A stretch of DNA of 64,000 bases from the NCBI GenBank assembly GCA_964619725.1, contig CAZUFC010000015.1:8963-72962 (forward strand), in the 5' to 3' direction. Position 1 is the stretch's first letter. Each line of letters starts with the position of its first letter. Position numbers and translations under genes: made by a program. The notes below the pieces were generated by a model. That model was given only the letters and a program-made list of their open reading frames with translations. It made no database searches and was not told where the DNA came from. Shown in pieces: positions 44,677-54,600 of this stretch. Source of the stretch: an uncultured bacterium. Its GTDB lineage: Bacteria; CSSED10-310; CAZUFC01.

Positions 44677-46062
44677 TCAGCGCTCCAAACCAAATTCCTT
44701 TATTTTCATGAGCAGGGTCTTGTAATTTATGTTGAGTCTCCTGGCGGTCTCGGATTTGTTGCCTTTGGTTGCTTCAAGAGTTCGCCGGATCAGCTCCTTT
44801 TCAACCGCGTTTTTTGCGTTTTGGCCGGATTGCTGTAAATCGCCCTCAACAATGAACTGATCCAGTCCGAAGCTTTCATTCTCAGAAATGTGAGAAAACC
44901 CAAGGTTTTCAGGGCGCACTATACCGTCTTCCGCCAGTATGAGCGCTCTTTCAATGCAATTCTGCAATTCTCTAACATTACCCGGCCAGTAATGGTCCAT
45001 GAGTTTCTTGATCGCGTCGTCGGTAATGTCGCTTTTCGGTTTTTTAAGATCGGCCGCAAACAATTGGATAAAATGCTCCGCCAGGATAGGTATGTCCTCT
45101 TTTCTTTCGCGGAGAGGAGGTATCTCAATCGGAAAGACGCTTAACCGATAATACAAATCATCCCGGAAAGCTTTAGTGCGAACCAGTTGTTTTAAATCCT
45201 GGTTAGTAGCGGCAATGATGCGCACATCCGTATGAATCGTTTTCGTTCCTCCTATTCTTTCAAACGCTCTCTCCTGCAATACCCGCAACAGCTTAGCCTG
45301 CAAAAAACGGCTTAAATCGCCTATTTCATCCAAAAATATCGCACCCTTGTCCGCCAGCTCGAATTTTCCAATCTTTTTCGAAACCGCTCCAGTGTAAGCC
45401 CCCTTTTCATGCCCGAATAATTCATTTTCCAGCAGCGTATCCGGAATGGCGGCACAGTTTATGGCAACGAATGGATAGTCCCTTCTGTCGCTGAGTTGAT
45501 GAATAGCTCTCGCCAGCAACTCCTTCCCCGTCCCCGATTCTCCCAATAATAAAACCGTGGCGTCGCTCGGACCGACTCTTTTCAGCTCGTCGGAAACCTG
45601 AACAAACTTCGGACTTTTTCCTATGATCTTCGGGGTCAGAAAACCGTCCGGCAATTCCTCCCGTAATAATATGTTCTCCCGGACGAGCTTATACTTTTCC
45701 AATCCCCGCCTTATTATGACAAGGAGAAAATCCGTGTCGAACGGCTTGGTTATAAAGTCAAAAGCGCCGATTTTGACTGCAGAAACCGCATCCTCAATGC
45801 TGCCGTAAGCCGTCATGATGATTACCGTCGTCAGAGGATCGTTTTCCAATGCCGCTTTAAGCACTTCCATCCCGCTTTTTCGAGGCAGTTTCAGATCGGT
45901 AATCACTATCTCGAAATTGTTGCGATTGATTCTATTAACAGCGCTTTCGCCGTCCTCAACATCGCTTACCTGAAAACCTTCCTTCTCCAGAGAAGTTTTC
46001 AACATTTTCCGTAAACCCGCATTATCTTCAACCAGCAGGATTTTTTCACTCATTTGTTCCAC
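44677..46062 (-). CDS. Sigma54-dependent response regulator (NtrC/PilR-like; REC-AAA+-Fis HTH)
   Basis: ILLVEDN, ITDLKLP, GESGTGKE, ELFGHEKGAYTGA, FLDEIG, WPGNVREL, GNKSETARRLNI. Confidence 0.93.
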   Translation of the reverse strand: MEQMSEKILLVEDNAGLRKMLKTSLEKEGFQVSDVEDGESAVNRINRNNFEIVITDLKLPRKSGMEVLKAALENDPLTTVIIMTAYGSIEDAVSAVKIGAFDFITKPFDTDFLLVIIRRGLEKYKLVRENILLREELPDGFLTPKIIGKSPKFVQVSDELKRVGPSDATVLLLGESGTGKELLARAIHQLSDRRDYPFVAINCAAIPDTLLENELFGHEKGAYTGAVSKKIGKFELADKGAIFLDEIGDLSRFLQAKLLRVLQERAFERIGGTKTIHTDVRIIAATNQDLKQLVRTKAFRDDLYYRLSVFPIEIPPLRERKEDIPILAEHFIQLFAADLKKPKSDITDDAIKKLMDHYWPGNVRELQNCIERALILAEDGIVRPENLGFSHISENESFGLDQFIVEGDLQQSGQNAKNAVEKELIRRTLEATKGNKSETARRLNINYKTLLMKIKEFGLER

Positions 46063-46232
46063 TCCGCATTTTTACTATATTTCAATTCAAAAGAAAAATC
46101 GGACCGGACTATATAAATCAATTATTTCCAGGGCCGGTTCCGGCCTTTCTCATGATACTATCCGACAATAACTTTTCCAAGTTCTTTAACGACTGGGGAA
46201 AATCGCGGTTCTGACGCCGGCAGAGACAGGCT

Positions 46233-47057
46233 TTATCTGAGGTATATTAAACCCGTATACCACTCAATAATCATATCGCCGAAAAAAAGAGCCGCGACCG
46301 CGCCTATAATCAAAAAGGGTCCGAAAGGAATGGGCTTTTCCCTGGAAAGCCTGGAGGATAAAAGGAAAGGCGCCATGATGAATGTGCCGAGGAAGGAACC
46401 GAGAAATATCGTCATGACGGCTTTTTTCCATCCTAACAGAGCCCCGATGAGGGCCATCAGCTTCACGTCGCCTATCCCCATGCCCTCCTTCTTTTTTAAC
46501 AAATAGTAGGAAGCTGCAATGGTTAACAGGATGCCGCCTCCGACCACGCATCCCGTGAAGGATTCCGTTATGCTTATGGGCCAGAGCCCCTGGCGACCCG
46601 TGAAATGCAGGGTTACCGGTATCAATAACGCTATCACGGCTCCGGTAAGCGAAAAAACGTCCGGAATGATCATGTGGTCCAGGTCAATCCAAGTTATAAT
46701 GATGAAAATCGACATGAACGGCATGTAGACCGCACTCTCAAAACCGGGTCCGAATTTAGCTATCACAGCCGTATAGAGAACTCCGTTCAGCAATTCAACA
46801 ACCGGATACCTCACCGAAATTTTTTCCCCGCAATAACGACACTTTCCCCTCAAAAGCAACCAGCTTAGTATGGGAATGTTATCTTTCGGTTTTAATTTGT
46901 TTTTGCAGGAAGGACAGTGCGAGGCGGGCTTGACGATGGATTCCTCTTTCGGAATTCGATGAATGCATACGTTCAAAAAACTGCCTACAATAATCCCAAT
47001 AACGAATACGAACGAATAAATCGCAATGATCAACAAGGGGTCGTCCAGATAATTCAT
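46233..47057 (-). CDS. pilD: Type IV prepilin peptidase (A24)
   Basis: GSFLNVCIHRIP, SHCPSC, NIPILSWLLLRGKCRYC, IDLD, GMGIGDVKL, PIPFGPFL. Confidence 0.95.
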   Translation of the reverse strand: MNYLDDPLLIIAIYSFVFVIGIIVGSFLNVCIHRIPKEESIVKPASHCPSCKNKLKPKDNIPILSWLLLRGKCRYCGEKISVRYPVVELLNGVLYTAVIAKFGPGFESAVYMPFMSIFIIITWIDLDHMIIPDVFSLTGAVIALLIPVTLHFTGRQGLWPISITESFTGCVVGGGILLTIAASYYLLKKKEGMGIGDVKLMALIGALLGWKKAVMTIFLGSFLGTFIMAPFLLSSRLSREKPIPFGPFLIIGAVAALFFGDMIIEWYTGLIYLR

Positions 47058-47181
47058 CAGGCTGCCTGTCTGTAAAATGGTTCCGGAAGAAGGTTAAGCG
47101 GCTTACGGTATCGCATGTTCTGCAAGGGTATATAATAAGTTCCGGAATTTATTCTTCGGAAATCTCAACGGCGGCTTCTAT

Positions 47182-47206
47182 AAAAAAGCCTTCCCTAAGG
47201 AAGGCT
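47182..47206 (-). terminator. Rho-independent terminator after tRNA-Ala
   Basis: Minus strand AGCCTTCC-TTAG-GGAAGGCT followed by a T run. Confidence 0.8.
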
Positions 47207-47209
47207 GAA

Positions 47210-47283
47210 TGGAGATGAGGAGACTCGAACTCCCGACTTCCAGAGTGCGATTCTGGCGCTCTCCCAAACTGAGCTACATCCCC
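47210..47283 (-). tRNA. tRNA-Ala(CGC), CCA end not encoded
   Basis: GGGGATGTAGCTCAGTTTGGGAGAGCGCCAGAATCGCACTCTGGAAGTCGGGAGTTCGAGTCTCCTCATCTCCA; G3:U70 pair, anticodon CGC, TTCGA T-loop. Confidence 0.95.
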
Positions 47284-47366
47284 GAATCCGGCATTAATCT
47301 AAAACGTCTGCTGAAAAAAGTCAAGCATGTAAGCATTATGATTTTCAAATAAACCGAAATTTTTAC

Positions 47367-47394
47367 GCAACTATTTCCTCCCTTTTACCGATAA
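47367..47394 (+). promoter_or_regulatory. Possible sigma28 (FliA/WhiG)-like promoter
   Basis: GCAA-N16-ACCGATAA versus consensus TAAA-N15-GCCGATAA, about 160 bp upstream of 47553. Confidence 0.25.
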
Positions 47395-47552
47395 CACTGA
47401 TGAAGAGGTTGAAACAACTGATGTTTCGTCTTCTTGAATAAGTCATGATTTTATGATTCATTATTGCTGATCAGTTGACGGAAAAAAACAGCGATGCAGA
47501 TTTGAGCAAGACTCAATCAAAGGTATGAACGCATATTTCGGAAAGGAGAAGA

Positions 47553-48818
47553 GTGATGAAAATAAATCAGAGGGCAGAATCGGAGAAGCTGGATTCTTCA
47601 CGTCTTTATCGTCAGCTTTTGCAACAGGGTTTATCTCAGGGAATCAAAGCGGGAGCGAGCCGAGGAACTGCGGATCGTCAAACGGTGTCTGATCGTTTTG
47701 AGATGCTGAAGGCGGGATACGAGCAGTTTCTTCAATTTACCGATCAATTTGATGCCGGTGCGTCCGGCGCGGGTACGCGACAAGCCGGGGGACTGGACCG
47801 TCAAACGGCCAATGCGCTGGCGGACCAGATATATCGCCGGATGCTCACCACGAAATTACAGGCGCCAGGTGAGGCTGCTCAGACCGACGACCAGGTGAGC
47901 AGATTCGTCAAGGGAAAGATGAAGGATGGAGTGAAAGGACTGGTCGACCGTTACGGCTCTCAGAAATTGGCGAAAGGACACAAGGAGGAGACGCACAGAA
48001 GGACCTGGGGAGACAGAGAAATGCCTGATGATCTGCGAGATTTAGCGAAGTACGGCAAGGGGAACACGATTCTTGAAGGCAAAGCGGAAGCCATGAGGGT
48101 CGGCGAGTTGGATGAGACTTGGGAGGGAGATTGGGGCGATGCGTATGCCAAAGGACACACTACGCTTCTGGGAGCTCAAGGCCGGATATATCAGGATGTC
48201 GGATTCGACGACTGGACATTAAAGGCTGAAATAGGCGCGCAGGGCAAACTTGAATTGGCCGGCGCTCATTACGAAGTCGGTTATAACACGCCTACGGTGA
48301 ATATCGCCGGACACGACATCGGCATCAACACCAAAGTCAACCTGGATGCGGAAATAGGAGCGCGAGGCGAGATATTCGGAAAAATCAAACTCGGAAAAGA
48401 AAATCGTATTCAACTCGGAGCCGAAGCATTTGCCGGAGCCAGCGCCACAATACAGGGCGAAGCCGCTCTCGGCGACCTGGCGGCAGTCAGGGGCGAAGCG
48501 ACCGCCTGGGCCGGCATCGGGGCAAAATCTGAACTGGATGTCGGTTTTGAAGACGGTAAACTCAATTTCGATATGGGGCTTGGAGCGGCCCTGGGAGTCG
48601 GATTTGAGTTGGATTGGGGATTCACTGTTGATTTCGGTGAGGTTGGTGAGGTACTCTATGATGTGGGTACGGAAATATCCGATGCTGTTCAGGATGTCGG
48701 CGATGCGGTGGGAGATGTTGCGAATGATGTGTTCGATGCCGTAGGCGATGCAGCAGGCGATGTTGCTGAAGCTGCGGGCGACTTTATCGATGATGTGGGA
48801 GATTTCTTCGGTTTTTAA
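47553..48818 (+). CDS. Hypothetical protein with Gly/Ala-rich beta-hairpin repeats and an acidic C-terminal repeat tail
   Basis: AAAGGAG RBS; AEIGAQG, AEIGARG, AEAFAGA, ATAWAG and LGAALGVG repeats; tail VGDAVGDVANDVFDAVGDAAGDVAEAAGDFIDDVGDFFGF; no Sec signal. Confidence 0.7.
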   Translation: MMKINQRAESEKLDSSRLYRQLLQQGLSQGIKAGASRGTADRQTVSDRFEMLKAGYEQFLQFTDQFDAGASGAGTRQAGGLDRQTANALADQIYRRMLTTKLQAPGEAAQTDDQVSRFVKGKMKDGVKGLVDRYGSQKLAKGHKEETHRRTWGDREMPDDLRDLAKYGKGNTILEGKAEAMRVGELDETWEGDWGDAYAKGHTTLLGAQGRIYQDVGFDDWTLKAEIGAQGKLELAGAHYEVGYNTPTVNIAGHDIGINTKVNLDAEIGARGEIFGKIKLGKENRIQLGAEAFAGASATIQGEAALGDLAAVRGEATAWAGIGAKSELDVGFEDGKLNFDMGLGAALGVGFELDWGFTVDFGEVGEVLYDVGTEISDAVQDVGDAVGDVANDVFDAVGDAAGDVAEAAGDFIDDVGDFFGF

Positions 48819-48857
48819 TTACTGGTCCCCTCCAATAACCAAACAGGAGTTCAAAAT

Positions 48858-50039
48858 ATGACGGAATATGCTCAATATCTGAAACAAGCTGACGATCTGA
48901 TGTCAAAGCTCCAGTTCGTCGATGCGGAAAAAGCTTTTGAAAAAGCCGGAAAAGCTAATCCTGATGCCGCCGAACCTTATATAGGACTCGGTAAACTGGC
49001 CTTCATGAAAAACAATCATTCACGCGGTCTGGAGATGATCGAAAAAGCGCTCGAAAATGATCCTGAAAACGCCGAAGCCTATATGGTAAAGGGCCTGGGG
49101 GCCTTCAAACGGGAAGAATTCCAGAAGGCTATACAGTTGTTTGAAGAAGCAGTAAAACTTAAACCTGATTATATCCCGGCTCACTTCAATATGGCGAAAT
49201 GCCTGCTGGAAATGGAAGAGCTCGAACGCGCCGAAGAGGAGCTGAGATATGTGATCAAGGGCGAACCGAAACATTTCCAGGCGCATTATGAACTGGGCTA
49301 TCTCCTTTGCCGGACTGAAAGGATGGAAGCAGGACTGAAACAGGTACTGGAATCGATCAAAGCAAATCCCTATTTCGTGAAAGGTTATATGACTCTGACG
49401 AGATTCTATAAACAGGCCGGCAAAGGCGAACTGGTAGAAAAGCTGCTGAAGCAGGGATTGAAACACAACCCCAATGCCCTGCCCCTCTGGGAAGAGCTTT
49501 ACAATTTATATTTCGTAAAGCTGGACCTGGAAGGTGCGTCGAAAGCGGCGGGCGAACTGGTCAGTCGTCGGGGCAGTTACAGCGACTATCTCCGACAGGG
49601 AACGATATACCTCACCACAGGCAATTTCGAAAAAGCGGAAAAAGCGTTCAAAAAATCGGTCGAATTGAATCCGGACAGTTGGGAAGGTCATTACAATCTG
49701 GGAGAATTGTACATGGCTTCAAAACTGCCGAAAGAAGCGAAAAACGAATATGAACAGGCGCTGTCTAAAAAACCCGACAGCTTCAAACCCTATAATGGTA
49801 TGGGACTGTTCCTGCTTCATTACGGAGAAGATTACCAGCGGGCTCGCGATATGTTCGTCACAGCATTGGAAAAATCCCCCGGAAAAGTGGAACCCACTTT
49901 GAACCTGGCCTTGACCTGTTACAAACTGAACGATATTGATTCCGCTGAGAAATTCGCCCGGGCCGTGCTGAAGATATCCAAACCCGGAGACGGACTGTAC
50001 GAACAGGCTGAAAAACTGATAAAGTTGATTCATTCCTGA
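48858..50039 (+). CDS. Cytoplasmic multi-TPR protein
   Basis: About 10 TPR units (A.....P....AY..LG); CAGGAG RBS; no signal peptide. Confidence 0.88.
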   Translation: MTEYAQYLKQADDLMSKLQFVDAEKAFEKAGKANPDAAEPYIGLGKLAFMKNNHSRGLEMIEKALENDPENAEAYMVKGLGAFKREEFQKAIQLFEEAVKLKPDYIPAHFNMAKCLLEMEELERAEEELRYVIKGEPKHFQAHYELGYLLCRTERMEAGLKQVLESIKANPYFVKGYMTLTRFYKQAGKGELVEKLLKQGLKHNPNALPLWEELYNLYFVKLDLEGASKAAGELVSRRGSYSDYLRQGTIYLTTGNFEKAEKAFKKSVELNPDSWEGHYNLGELYMASKLPKEAKNEYEQALSKKPDSFKPYNGMGLFLLHYGEDYQRARDMFVTALEKSPGKVEPTLNLALTCYKLNDIDSAEKFARAVLKISKPGDGLYEQAEKLIKLIHS

Positions 50040-50106
50040 TGAGGGATGGCCAATTGATTCATTTCTGTTGCGCTGCAAATGAGAAAGGACTTCCAGGGAT
50101 TCTCGA

Positions 50107-51123
50107 TTACGTTTTGCTGGGATCGAACGCGTTTCTTACTCCTTCTCCGACGAGATTCAGCAGAGTAAGCGTAATAAACAGGGAAACTGCCGGAAATACG
50201 GCCAGCCACCAGGCAATATTGAAGTACTGCTTTCCCTGGTTGAGGAGTTCTCCCCAGCTTGCGGTAGGCGGGGCTACGCCGAAACCCAGGTAATCCAGCC
50301 CAGCCAGTTCGGAAATTTCCGTGGCAATGAAGATGGGCGAAAAAGTGACGATAGGGGTCAGAGCGTTCGGCAAAATGTGCTTGAATAGAACCTTGGGCGT
50401 CCTCATTCCCAACGCACGGCACGCTTCGACGAATTCGAATTTACGAAACTTTAAGAATTCTGCGCGAATGTAATAGGAGATGGCGACCCAACCGAAAATG
50501 GAAGCCAGGCATGCCAGCAGGAGTATACCGGGTTGAAAAATGGAGATCAGAATAATAAGAAGGAAAAAATAGGGAATGGCTGTAAACATTTCGATGCCGC
50601 GCTGCATAAGGAAATCCATACGTCCCCCGAAGTAACCCATGATGCCGCCCAGAGTTATCCCTATCAGGTATGAAACGACCCATACGCTGAATGCATACGC
50701 CATGGAGACGCGATAGCCGTAAATCAGGCGCGTCAGCACATCTCTTCCCCTGTCGTCCGTTCCCAGCAGGTTTGTTTTTGACGGCGGGGCAGGGTATTCA
50801 GGCGCTTTGCGGTTGGATTCATAAGGCGACCATCTGATCGGCGGAAAAATCATCCAGTCCTTTTCGCCCAGTCGTTTTTCCATTTTTTTGTAATTGACGA
50901 TAAAGCGGTCGGTAATTCCGAATTCAGTGGGATGATAAGTTTTAAAAATGGGAAAATAATAATGCCCCTGGTATTTCATCACATAAGGCTCGTTATTGGC
51001 GACCAGGTCTGCGCCGAGCCCTACCGCAGAAATGACGACCAGAGCCCAGAATGAATAATAGGCTGATTTTCTTCTTTTGAACGCCCTTAACCTTCTCCGT
51101 GTAACTTCATTCAGCTTGAACAT
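50107..51123 (-). CDS. Peptide ABC transporter permease (OppC/YejE-like)
   Basis: LLGTDDRGRDVLTRLIYG, EFVEACRALG, HILPNA, LDYLGFG..PPTASWGELL.QG. Confidence 0.92.
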   Translation of the reverse strand: MFKLNEVTRRRLRAFKRRKSAYYSFWALVVISAVGLGADLVANNEPYVMKYQGHYYFPIFKTYHPTEFGITDRFIVNYKKMEKRLGEKDWMIFPPIRWSPYESNRKAPEYPAPPSKTNLLGTDDRGRDVLTRLIYGYRVSMAYAFSVWVVSYLIGITLGGIMGYFGGRMDFLMQRGIEMFTAIPYFFLLIILISIFQPGILLLACLASIFGWVAISYYIRAEFLKFRKFEFVEACRALGMRTPKVLFKHILPNALTPIVTFSPIFIATEISELAGLDYLGFGVAPPTASWGELLNQGKQYFNIAWWLAVFPAVSLFITLTLLNLVGEGVRNAFDPSKT

Positions 51124-51125
51124 CT

Positions 51126-52190
51126 TTATCCTCCGCCGGCGAAATCTATGCGGGGATCGACCAGAGTATAAATAAAATCGGAAAGGATGGTTCCTGTCAG
51201 TATGATAAAGCTGGTTATCACCAGATCGCCCATAATGACGTTATAATCTCTCGTCAAAACCGAATAATACATAAGCAATCCCATGCCGTCCAAAGAAAAT
51301 ATGCTTTCGATAAGCATGGAACCGGCGAAAAACATCATGAGAAAACTTCCGATACCTGTTGCAATCGGAATCAAGGCGTTCCTCAAAGCATGTTTCATAT
51401 ATACGTAAAATTCGCTGATTCCTTTGGCCCTGGCAGTACGGGCGTAATCTTTCGATATCTCGCCGATGATTGAATTTTTCATCAGCATTGTCAGCGAGGT
51501 AAACGCCGCGACCATATAACAGACCATGGGGGCGATGAAATGATAGATACGGTCCATGATTTTTTCGTACAGAGACATACTGGGGTAATTGTCGGAATAT
51601 AATCCGCCGATAGGTATAACATCCCAGAAACTGCCTCCCCCGAACAGCACAATGAGGACGACTCCGAGCATGAAACCGGGAATGGAATACATCAGAAATA
51701 AAAGAAAAGAGGAAAGGTAATCGAACTTCGTACCGTCTTTGACGGCTTTTATGATTCCAAGCGGAATACAAACCAGGTATGAAAGGAAAAACGATACGAC
51801 CCCGAACTGAATGGAAACAGGCATTTTACTCAAGATGACTTCGATTACCGGACGTTCGTAAGTAAAGCTTTTCCCGAAGTCTAATTTCATTATATTGGTC
51901 AGCCAAATCCAATATCTTACATGCATGGGCTTGTCGAACCCGTACTGCTTCCTGATCGCTTCCATTATTTCTTCATTTATATCCACATCCGTTGCAGCCG
52001 TATCCGTACCGGCTATTCTGCTCCCTCGCATTCCCCCTGCAGCCGATGCGCCGAACCTCATCTTGCGGATCGCCTGCTCGACAGGTCCGCCGGGCGCCAG
52101 ATTGATTATTATAAAAGTGATGACGGTGATTCCCAGGAAAGTGGGAATGATAGCCAATACTCTTCTTATAAAATATGACGATTTACTCAT
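51126..52190 (-). CDS. Peptide ABC transporter permease (OppB/YejB-like)
   Basis: LAPGGPVEQ, YGFDKP, DFGKSF, TARAKG, HALRNA, VDPRIDF. Start placed at ATG 52190. Confidence 0.92.
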   Translation of the reverse strand: MSKSSYFIRRVLAIIPTFLGITVITFIIINLAPGGPVEQAIRKMRFGASAAGGMRGSRIAGTDTAATDVDINEEIMEAIRKQYGFDKPMHVRYWIWLTNIMKLDFGKSFTYERPVIEVILSKMPVSIQFGVVSFFLSYLVCIPLGIIKAVKDGTKFDYLSSFLLFLMYSIPGFMLGVVLIVLFGGGSFWDVIPIGGLYSDNYPSMSLYEKIMDRIYHFIAPMVCYMVAAFTSLTMLMKNSIIGEISKDYARTARAKGISEFYVYMKHALRNALIPIATGIGSFLMMFFAGSMLIESIFSLDGMGLLMYYSVLTRDYNVIMGDLVITSFIILTGTILSDFIYTLVDPRIDFAGGG

Positions 52191-53859
52191 TGTCCGGTTG
52201 ACTCTTCTCGACCCACCACCAGGCATACCCGACGCCGTAATTGTAATAAGGTTTCACCATTTTCAGCTTCGAATTGTATCCTACAAGCTGGTGAATCGGT
52301 TCAAGCAAAAATGTGTAGGGTTGATCTTCATGCAGTATCTCATGAATCTGACGGAAGTATTTTTTCCTTTCCTCACTGTCGTAAGTAAAAATCCCTTTTT
52401 CGCAAAGCTCGTCTACACGCTCATTCTTATAGCTGATGAAATTGTCGCCGCCCTTCCGGGAATTCTTTGAATGCCATATGGCGGAAGGGTCCGGATCGAC
52501 CGCCGATGACCAGGATAGAGTTACCGCTGCGAACCTCTGATCGTCGAGCAGCTTCAGAAAACTGTTCCATTCCACTATTTTTATGTTCATCAGTATGCCC
52601 GCCTGCCGCATATCTTCCTGGATTATCGTCAGCATGTTTTCATAATCGCGGCCCGGAGCGATCAGCGTAAATTCAAAACGCCGGTCATCTTTATCCAGAA
52701 CAGTATCCTTGTCATGATCGTCCCAGCCGGCCTGCTTCAGCAGTTCAATGGCTTTGGAGATAGAGAATTCCAGGGGCTGAACGTTGGGGGAAGAGTAATC
52801 GGATAACTTGCCGAAAGGTCCGTCAGCAATAGCGTACAATCCATAATAAAACTTTTCGTTGAACAATTCCCGGTCGATCAGATGCGTCATCGCCCTTCTG
52901 ACCCGCTTGTCCCGGAAAAGAGGATGCTGGTTGTTCCATCCGATATAAGAATACCCGTTGGGCAGCTTGTTCTGAACGTCGAGTTTCTTTACTTTCCCGC
53001 TCTTGAAAGCTTCGCCGTTCGTTTCTTTTATCCATTGACGGGGATAAAACGAATACAGATCAATGTCGCCCTTCTTGAACATCTCGAATGCCACACGCTC
53101 GTCCCTGACCATCTTGAATACAATCTGATCGAAATTATACCGCCCCGCATTCTGCGGCAATCCTTCGCCCCAGTAATCGTCCACTCGCTCAAGCATAATT
53201 TTTGACCCTTTTATCCAGTCCGCCACCCGATAGGGTCCCGTCCCTACCGGCCGTAAATTCAACGGACTGGTATTGACGTCGCCTCTCGAAAACAAATGCC
53301 TGGGAACCACTATCAGCCCGGCCGCCATTTCAAAATTTAAATAATACTTGTTCTTGACTTTGAATCTGACCGTATGTTCATCTACCGCCTCGCAGGACTC
53401 TATGTTCATATAGTAAGCCCTTTGATGCGCCGCATTCACGTTGTCGTCGAAGAATATGTCGTAGGAATATTTAACGTCCGCAGACGTTACCGGCATACCG
53501 TCCTGCCACTTTGCATTCTTGTTTAAATGAAATGTAAAAGCAGTCTTGTCCTCGCTTATTTCCCACGATTCCGCCAAAAGGGGAATGAACTCATACGTCT
53601 CTACATCCCTTTCGGCCAGAGTTTCATAAATATACTCGGTTACCAGCCCTTCATAATAATCGCTCGATGTTATGGGATTCAGATGAGCAGGATCGGATGA
53701 CAGATGACGCACGAGGCGACCGCCTCGGGGAGCATCCGGGTTCCCGTGCGATATCCCCAGGGCCGCACGGCAATTAAGAATTAAAGGAATTGTGACCAAT
53801 AAGTGAAAAAAACCTTTAATCAAAAACCTGATCAATCGAATTATCCTCCCGTTTCTCAA
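52183..53859 (-). CDS. Peptide ABC transporter substrate-binding protein (SBP family 5)
   Basis: LNP.TSSD, PLLAESWEIS.D, W.DG.PVTS.DVKYS, PVGTGPY, F.DKRVRRAM, LHEDQPY. Confidence 0.92.
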   Translation of the reverse strand: MRNGRIIRLIRFLIKGFFHLLVTIPLILNCRAALGISHGNPDAPRGGRLVRHLSSDPAHLNPITSSDYYEGLVTEYIYETLAERDVETYEFIPLLAESWEISEDKTAFTFHLNKNAKWQDGMPVTSADVKYSYDIFFDDNVNAAHQRAYYMNIESCEAVDEHTVRFKVKNKYYLNFEMAAGLIVVPRHLFSRGDVNTSPLNLRPVGTGPYRVADWIKGSKIMLERVDDYWGEGLPQNAGRYNFDQIVFKMVRDERVAFEMFKKGDIDLYSFYPRQWIKETNGEAFKSGKVKKLDVQNKLPNGYSYIGWNNQHPLFRDKRVRRAMTHLIDRELFNEKFYYGLYAIADGPFGKLSDYSSPNVQPLEFSISKAIELLKQAGWDDHDKDTVLDKDDRRFEFTLIAPGRDYENMLTIIQEDMRQAGILMNIKIVEWNSFLKLLDDQRFAAVTLSWSSAVDPDPSAIWHSKNSRKGGDNFISYKNERVDELCEKGIFTYDSEERKKYFRQIHEILHEDQPYTFLLEPIHQLVGYNSKLKMVKPYYNYGVGYAWWWVEKSQPDNE

Positions 53860-53897
53860 CTCAATTTAATCTTGAAGCTTTAAAATGTCAATGCATT

Positions 53898-54422
53898 TTA
53901 AGGTCCAAAACATTCAATTATCCGGCGTCCCTCCTCGAAATGTCGCCGGTAATACTCCTCGCTTAATGAACTGATGATCACGCCCCGCCGGGTCGATGCA
54001 TGAACGAATTTGCCGTTGCCCAGATAAATGCCCACATGATCGCATTTTTTTCGTTTAATGGAAAAAAATAACAGGTCCCCGAAACGTAAATTCGAGCGAG
54101 GAATATTAGTGGAAATTCGCCTGAGTCCAGCCGTAGTACGCGGCAAAGTTAAACCGTTCTCGGAAAAAACAGTATGAACCAGCCCTGAACAGTCCATGCC
54201 TCTACGATTCATCCCGCCGTAACGATAAGGAACGCCCAACCAGCGGCAGATGCTGTCATTCAATCCAGCCTTACTAATGCGGCGCCCCCGGCAAATCTCC
54301 GTTGCATTATTCTTACCAGGGCTAGCTTTCGGAACGCTGGAAGCATCGTGAGCGCAACTGCCGGATAAAGCCAGAATTATCAGACATATCCCACGAATTG
54401 TTTTTGTGGAATAAGTATTCAT
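53898..54422 (-). CDS. NlpC/P60 (C40) peptidoglycan endopeptidase lipoprotein
   Basis: Lipobox-like SGSC; GVPYRYGG....GMDCSGL, GDLLFF, HVGIYLGNGKFVHAS. Confidence 0.92.
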   Translation of the reverse strand: MNTYSTKTIRGICLIILALSGSCAHDASSVPKASPGKNNATEICRGRRISKAGLNDSICRWLGVPYRYGGMNRRGMDCSGLVHTVFSENGLTLPRTTAGLRRISTNIPRSNLRFGDLLFFSIKRKKCDHVGIYLGNGKFVHASTRRGVIISSLSEEYYRRHFEEGRRIIECFGP

Positions 54423-54545
54423 CAGCCCGCGCCCTGAAAAAGTATCCGGGATCAGCAGTCAAATCGTCAAGAAAAAAATAAATTTCTGAGCTCCCATCAT
54501 GGATAGCTCCACATAACACTAGCTCGTTTTTGGATCAAAAACCCA

Positions 54546-54600
54546 AGTGGCTGTCCAGCATTAAATTTTGAATCGAGATTCGAGTTTATGGACAGGCACT
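54546..54600 (-). repeat. 55-bp element with terminal inverted repeats, copy 2
   Basis: AGTGGCTGTCCA...TGGACAGGCACT; reverse complement AGTGCCTGTCCATAAACTCGAATCTCGATTCAAAATTTAATGCTGGACAGCCACT aligns ungapped with 40900-40954. Confidence 0.7.

Noticed and set aside
44677-47057. Complete type IV pilus locus
   Set aside because: Only pilD and a PilR-like regulator are present, with no pilin, PilS, PilB/C/T or secretin genes here.
47210-50100. tRNA-integrated genomic island
   Set aside because: No integrase and no duplicated tRNA 3' end were seen; the unusual genes lie 5' of the tRNA, and its 3' side has an intact terminator followed by pilD.
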